From Planctomycetota bacterium (GTDB lineage: Bacteria; Planctomycetota; B15-G4; JADJEK01): a stretch of 64,000 nt of DNA. The notes beneath the pieces were generated by a model. The model was not told the DNA's origin, searched no databases, and was given only the letters and a program-made list of their open reading frames with translations. This document shows positions 61,153 to 64,000 of this stretch, piece after piece. Position 1 is the first letter of the stretch. Every line of letters begins with the position of its first letter. Location of the stretch: the NCBI GenBank assembly GCA_044225365.1, contig JBGAIQ010000018.1, positions 1-64,000 on the forward strand, given 5' to 3'. The position numbers and the translations under genes were made by a program.

Positions 61153-61754
61153 CCTTCCCCCCTGCCCGAGAGCGCGTCGAGAGCTGGCTTGAGCAGCCCT
61201 TCCAGGTTGGCATGCGCGCGATTCAGTCGAGACTTCACCGTTCCGACCGAGCACTCGAGCACTTCGGCAACTTCGTCGTAGGACAGCCCCTCGATGTAGC
61301 GCAGGACGACGATCGATCGGAGCTTCGGGCTGAGACGGGTGATCGCAGCCTGGACCTTGCTCTCGACGAATTCAGCCTCGCTCCAGGCATCCGCACCAGA
61401 TGCACCCTCGTCCGCAAGTCCGGCGAGAGCGACTCCGCCTGCTCCGTTCTCCGACAGCATCGGCGGCAGCGCATTCGTTCGGCGGCGTTTGTCGATGCTC
61501 AGGTTCACGGTAATGCGGTAGATCCACGTAAAGAGACGAGAACTGAATTGGAATTCGCCCAGCTTGCGGAAGATGGTCAGGAACACTTCCTGCGCAACGT
61601 CCGCCGCATCGGCCGAATTGCCAAGAACGCGAAGGGCAGTGTTGAAGACCCGGTCCTGGAAGCGCTCGACCAGCTCCCGGAACGCGGCTTCGAACTCCGC
61701 CGGATCGCCTGATTGGCAGCGGCGGACGATCTCGAAATCGTTATCGTCAGTCAT
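61149..61754 (-). CDS. rpoE: ECF RNA polymerase sigma factor (RpoE/SigW-like)
   Basis: AFRELVERFQ.RVF, DVAQEVFL, TWIYRITVN, LSYDEVAEVLECSVGTVKSRLNRA. Confidence 0.9.
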   Translation of the reverse strand: MTDDNDFEIVRRCQSGDPAEFEAAFRELVERFQDRVFNTALRVLGNSADAADVAQEVFLTIFRKLGEFQFSSRLFTWIYRITVNLSIDKRRRTNALPPMLSENGAGGVALAGLADEGASGADAWSEAEFVESKVQAAITRLSPKLRSIVVLRYIEGLSYDEVAEVLECSVGTVKSRLNRAHANLEGLLKPALDALSGRGEG

Positions 61755-61774
61755 CCCGTCGCCTGCACGGTCGT

Positions 61775-61803
61775 TTCGACGCAGCTCCACGAACGTAAGT
61801 TCC
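61775..61803 (-). promoter_or_regulatory. sigmaE-type autoregulatory promoter
   Basis: Minus strand GGAACTT-N16-GTCGAA, 20 nt upstream of the ECF sigma ATG. Confidence 0.75.
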
Positions 61804-61953
61804 GCACAAACCGTCCGCAAAACGAACGCCGACTGGTTCCGAGACATTTCCGTAAGACTTTACGGATCCGAGCCTTGTGAAATCCGAATCAAGCCTTCGC
61901 CAGAGCAGGCGGATTCGGGAGCGCGAAAAAAATGGGAGCGAACCGCTCCCGGC

Positions 61954-62937
61954 TCAAAGGCCGAGGAGCAAGTCGACGTCGAGAACGATCTTGTCGTCCG
62001 CCGCGGACCCCGTCATCGAGCAAATCCCGCCGTTACAGGCGAACGTCCCCGTGGTGCATCCGATCGACAGCACGACGCTCTGCAGGACGCCCGGCGTCTC
62101 GGTCGGGATCTGGGTATCGACCGACCCGCAGACCTCGTTCGAATCCCAGCCCAAGACCGATCCGTTCGTGTCCTGCGGTTCCGCCGAGCCCCCGTCGCTT
62201 CCGCCGTCCGAACTTCCACCGCTCTTGAGCGGGGTGTAGACCCATCGGAAGAACTTGCCGTTGTGGGCAGCAAGCGTGATCGAATCGCCAATCGGCTCGG
62301 CGGCGACATGACCAACGGCCGCGAAGGCGACCGACCCGTATCCTCGGATCGTCTCGGTCGGAACCCGGAACGTCAGGATCGCCATCTGATACGGGCCCCA
62401 GAACGCGAAGCTCACGTCGGACAGCAAGGCCGGGAGCTGGTCGGTCATGTCGACGAGCGAGTGAGCCCCGGTCGGCGACTTCGCCGCGACGTAGAGCTTG
62501 AATCCGTCGATCAGCGAGAGCGCACCCGGGATGATGTACAGGGAGACGACGATGTCGGAACCCTGCTGGTACGAACCGATCGTCAATTTCGGCACGACCG
62601 GGTGAACGACGCCCGGGGAGAACACGTCATGTCGACCCGACAGGCAGAACTCGAAGCCGTCCGGCTGCCCATCGCCATCGCAATCCGGATTCATCGGGGA
62701 CGCATCCCACGCCGGATTCGAGGAGACGACGTTGAGGTAGGACTCGAAGCTATCGGGCAGTCCGTCGAGGTCGGAATCCTGATTCGCCGTCGAACCCGAT
62801 CCCGCATACGCCACCGTATCCGTGCGCGAAACGCCCAATGCGAGCAGGATCGCAAATACCACGATGCCACAACGACGCCACGCGGGGGCGCCCTGACGGC
62901 TTCGAGAATGGGCAACGGGTGCGGCGATGGGAGTCAC
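61954..62937 (-). CDS. Exported hypothetical protein with Ca-binding DxDxDG (TSP3-like) motifs and Cys-rich C-terminus
   Basis: Signal/TM segment; DSDLDGLPD, DCDGDGQPD; four Cys near the C-terminus. Confidence 0.7.
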   Translation of the reverse strand: MTPIAAPVAHSRSRQGAPAWRRCGIVVFAILLALGVSRTDTVAYAGSGSTANQDSDLDGLPDSFESYLNVVSSNPAWDASPMNPDCDGDGQPDGFEFCLSGRHDVFSPGVVHPVVPKLTIGSYQQGSDIVVSLYIIPGALSLIDGFKLYVAAKSPTGAHSLVDMTDQLPALLSDVSFAFWGPYQMAILTFRVPTETIRGYGSVAFAAVGHVAAEPIGDSITLAAHNGKFFRWVYTPLKSGGSSDGGSDGGSAEPQDTNGSVLGWDSNEVCGSVDTQIPTETPGVLQSVVLSIGCTTGTFACNGGICSMTGSAADDKIVLDVDLLLGL

Positions 62938-63104
62938 CTGAGGGATTCTCGGCGCGAGGAAACGCGAGGGAAAGGCGCCCTCGCGCGGGATGAATCATAT
63001 ATCGCCCACCCCCGTCCAAGCAACGCATCCTTCAGCGAGTTGGAGAATCTACGAAGTTCTCCGGACTCCGCCAAACTCATGATTGAAACGGATTTCAGGA
63101 CCGA

Positions 63105-64000
63105 TTACGGGGCGATCGAGGCCCCCACAGGTCTTTTCACTTCGAACTTCAGTTCGCCGTCCTGGCCTCCGGAATCGACCACGATCGTATCGCCGTCGCG
63201 GACCTCCCCGGAGAGCAGCTTCATCGCGAGCGGGTTCTGGACGCGCTCTTGGAGCAGCCGCTTGACCGGGCGAGCCCCGTAGACGGGATCGAAACCCTGA
63301 TCGGCGATCCAGCCCTCGGCGGCGTCCGTCAGCGTCAGGATCACATTGCGCGCGGCGAGGCGGTCCTTCAGGTGGGCGAATTGGAGGCCGACGATCTTGC
63401 GGATCTGAGCCGGTTGCAGTCGATCGAAGACGATCACTTCGTCGATACGATTCAGGAACTCGGGGCGGAAGGTTCGGCGCAGGACCTCGAGCGCCTTGCC
63501 CTTGCGCACGCTTTCGGGCGCACCGTCATGGGCCGCCAGCTCTTGTGATCCCAGGTTCGATGTCATGATCACGATCGTGTTGCGGAAGTCGACGGTCCGT
63601 CCACGGCCGTCCGTCAAGCGACCATCGTCGAGGAGTTGCAAGAAGACGTTGAATACGTCGGGATGAGCCTTCTCGATCTCATCGAACAGCACGACCGAGT
63701 AGGGGCGACGGCGCACGGCTTCGGTGAGTTCGCCGCCTTCGTCGTAGCCGATGTAGCCCGGAGGCGCGCCGATGAGGCGCGATACGGAGTGCTTCTCCAT
63801 GTACTCCGACATGTCGATGCGAATCATCGCTCGAACGTCGTCGAAGAGATACTCCGCGAGGGCTCGAGCGAGCTCGGTCTTTCCGACGCCGGTCGGACCG
63901 AGGAAGACGAAGGACCCCGTCGGCCGATTCGGATCCTGAAGTCCGGCGCGAGCGCGGCGTACGGCGTTCGCGACCGCGATGACGGCCGCGTCCTGTCCGA
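63105..64000 (-). CDS. clpB: ATP-dependent chaperone ClpB, C-terminal part (runs off window)
   Basis: [78 protein letters not shown]. Confidence 0.95.
   Translation of the reverse strand, partial: GQDAAVIAVANAVRRARAGLQDPNRPTGSFVFLGPTGVGKTELARALAEYLFDDVRAMIRIDMSEYMEKHSVSRLIGAPPGYIGYDEGGELTEAVRRRPYSVVLFDEIEKAHPDVFNVFLQLLDDGRLTDGRGRTVDFRNTIVIMTSNLGSQELAAHDGAPESVRKGKALEVLRRTFRPEFLNRIDEVIVFDRLQPAQIRKIVGLQFAHLKDRLAARNVILTLTDAAEGWIADQGFDPVYGARPVKRLLQERVQNPLAMKLLSGEVRDGDTIVVDSGGQDGELKFEVKRPVGASIAP

Overview
A 64 kb, GC-rich bacterial chromosomal segment. It looks Planctomycetota-like by inference from the lepA-lepB(long)-lptB order, the FG-GAP/ASPIC-UnbV + TPR pair and the 'DxVxLKDGxxxEG' exported proteins. 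I saw no prophage, IS, integrase or CRISPR array. Housekeeping content: dnaX (partial), SRP RNA, three tRNAs, tadA, an rlmI-like methyltransferase, apt, birA, rdgB, lepA, lepB, lptB, etfAB, purH, frameshifted prfB, split coaB/coaC and clpB (partial). It also carries a prkA-yeaH-spoVR operon, envelope glycosylation genes, and signalling genes: a c-di-GMP-I riboswitch before a FliA/WhiG sigma, a REC-HD-GYP protein, a 1730-aa Ser/Thr kinase-TPR-GAF-sigma54 activator, and an ECF sigma/anti-sigma/RseB-like operon with a candidate autoregulatory promoter. The most interesting unexplained signal is non-coding: a ~195-nt minus-strand element (11091-11285) built of consecutive hairpins carrying GGA(GAG) motifs and ending in an intrinsic terminator. 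It lies downstream of a sigma54-like promoter and two perfect palindromes and upstream of prkA, and is a candidate CsrB/RsmZ-type protein-sponge sRNA or attenuator. Other notable items missed by the ORF track are a 21-aa Lys/Ala-only mini-protein with a strong RBS and a tandemly duplicated small+large membrane-protein module. All calls come from reading the sequence by eye; no searches were run.
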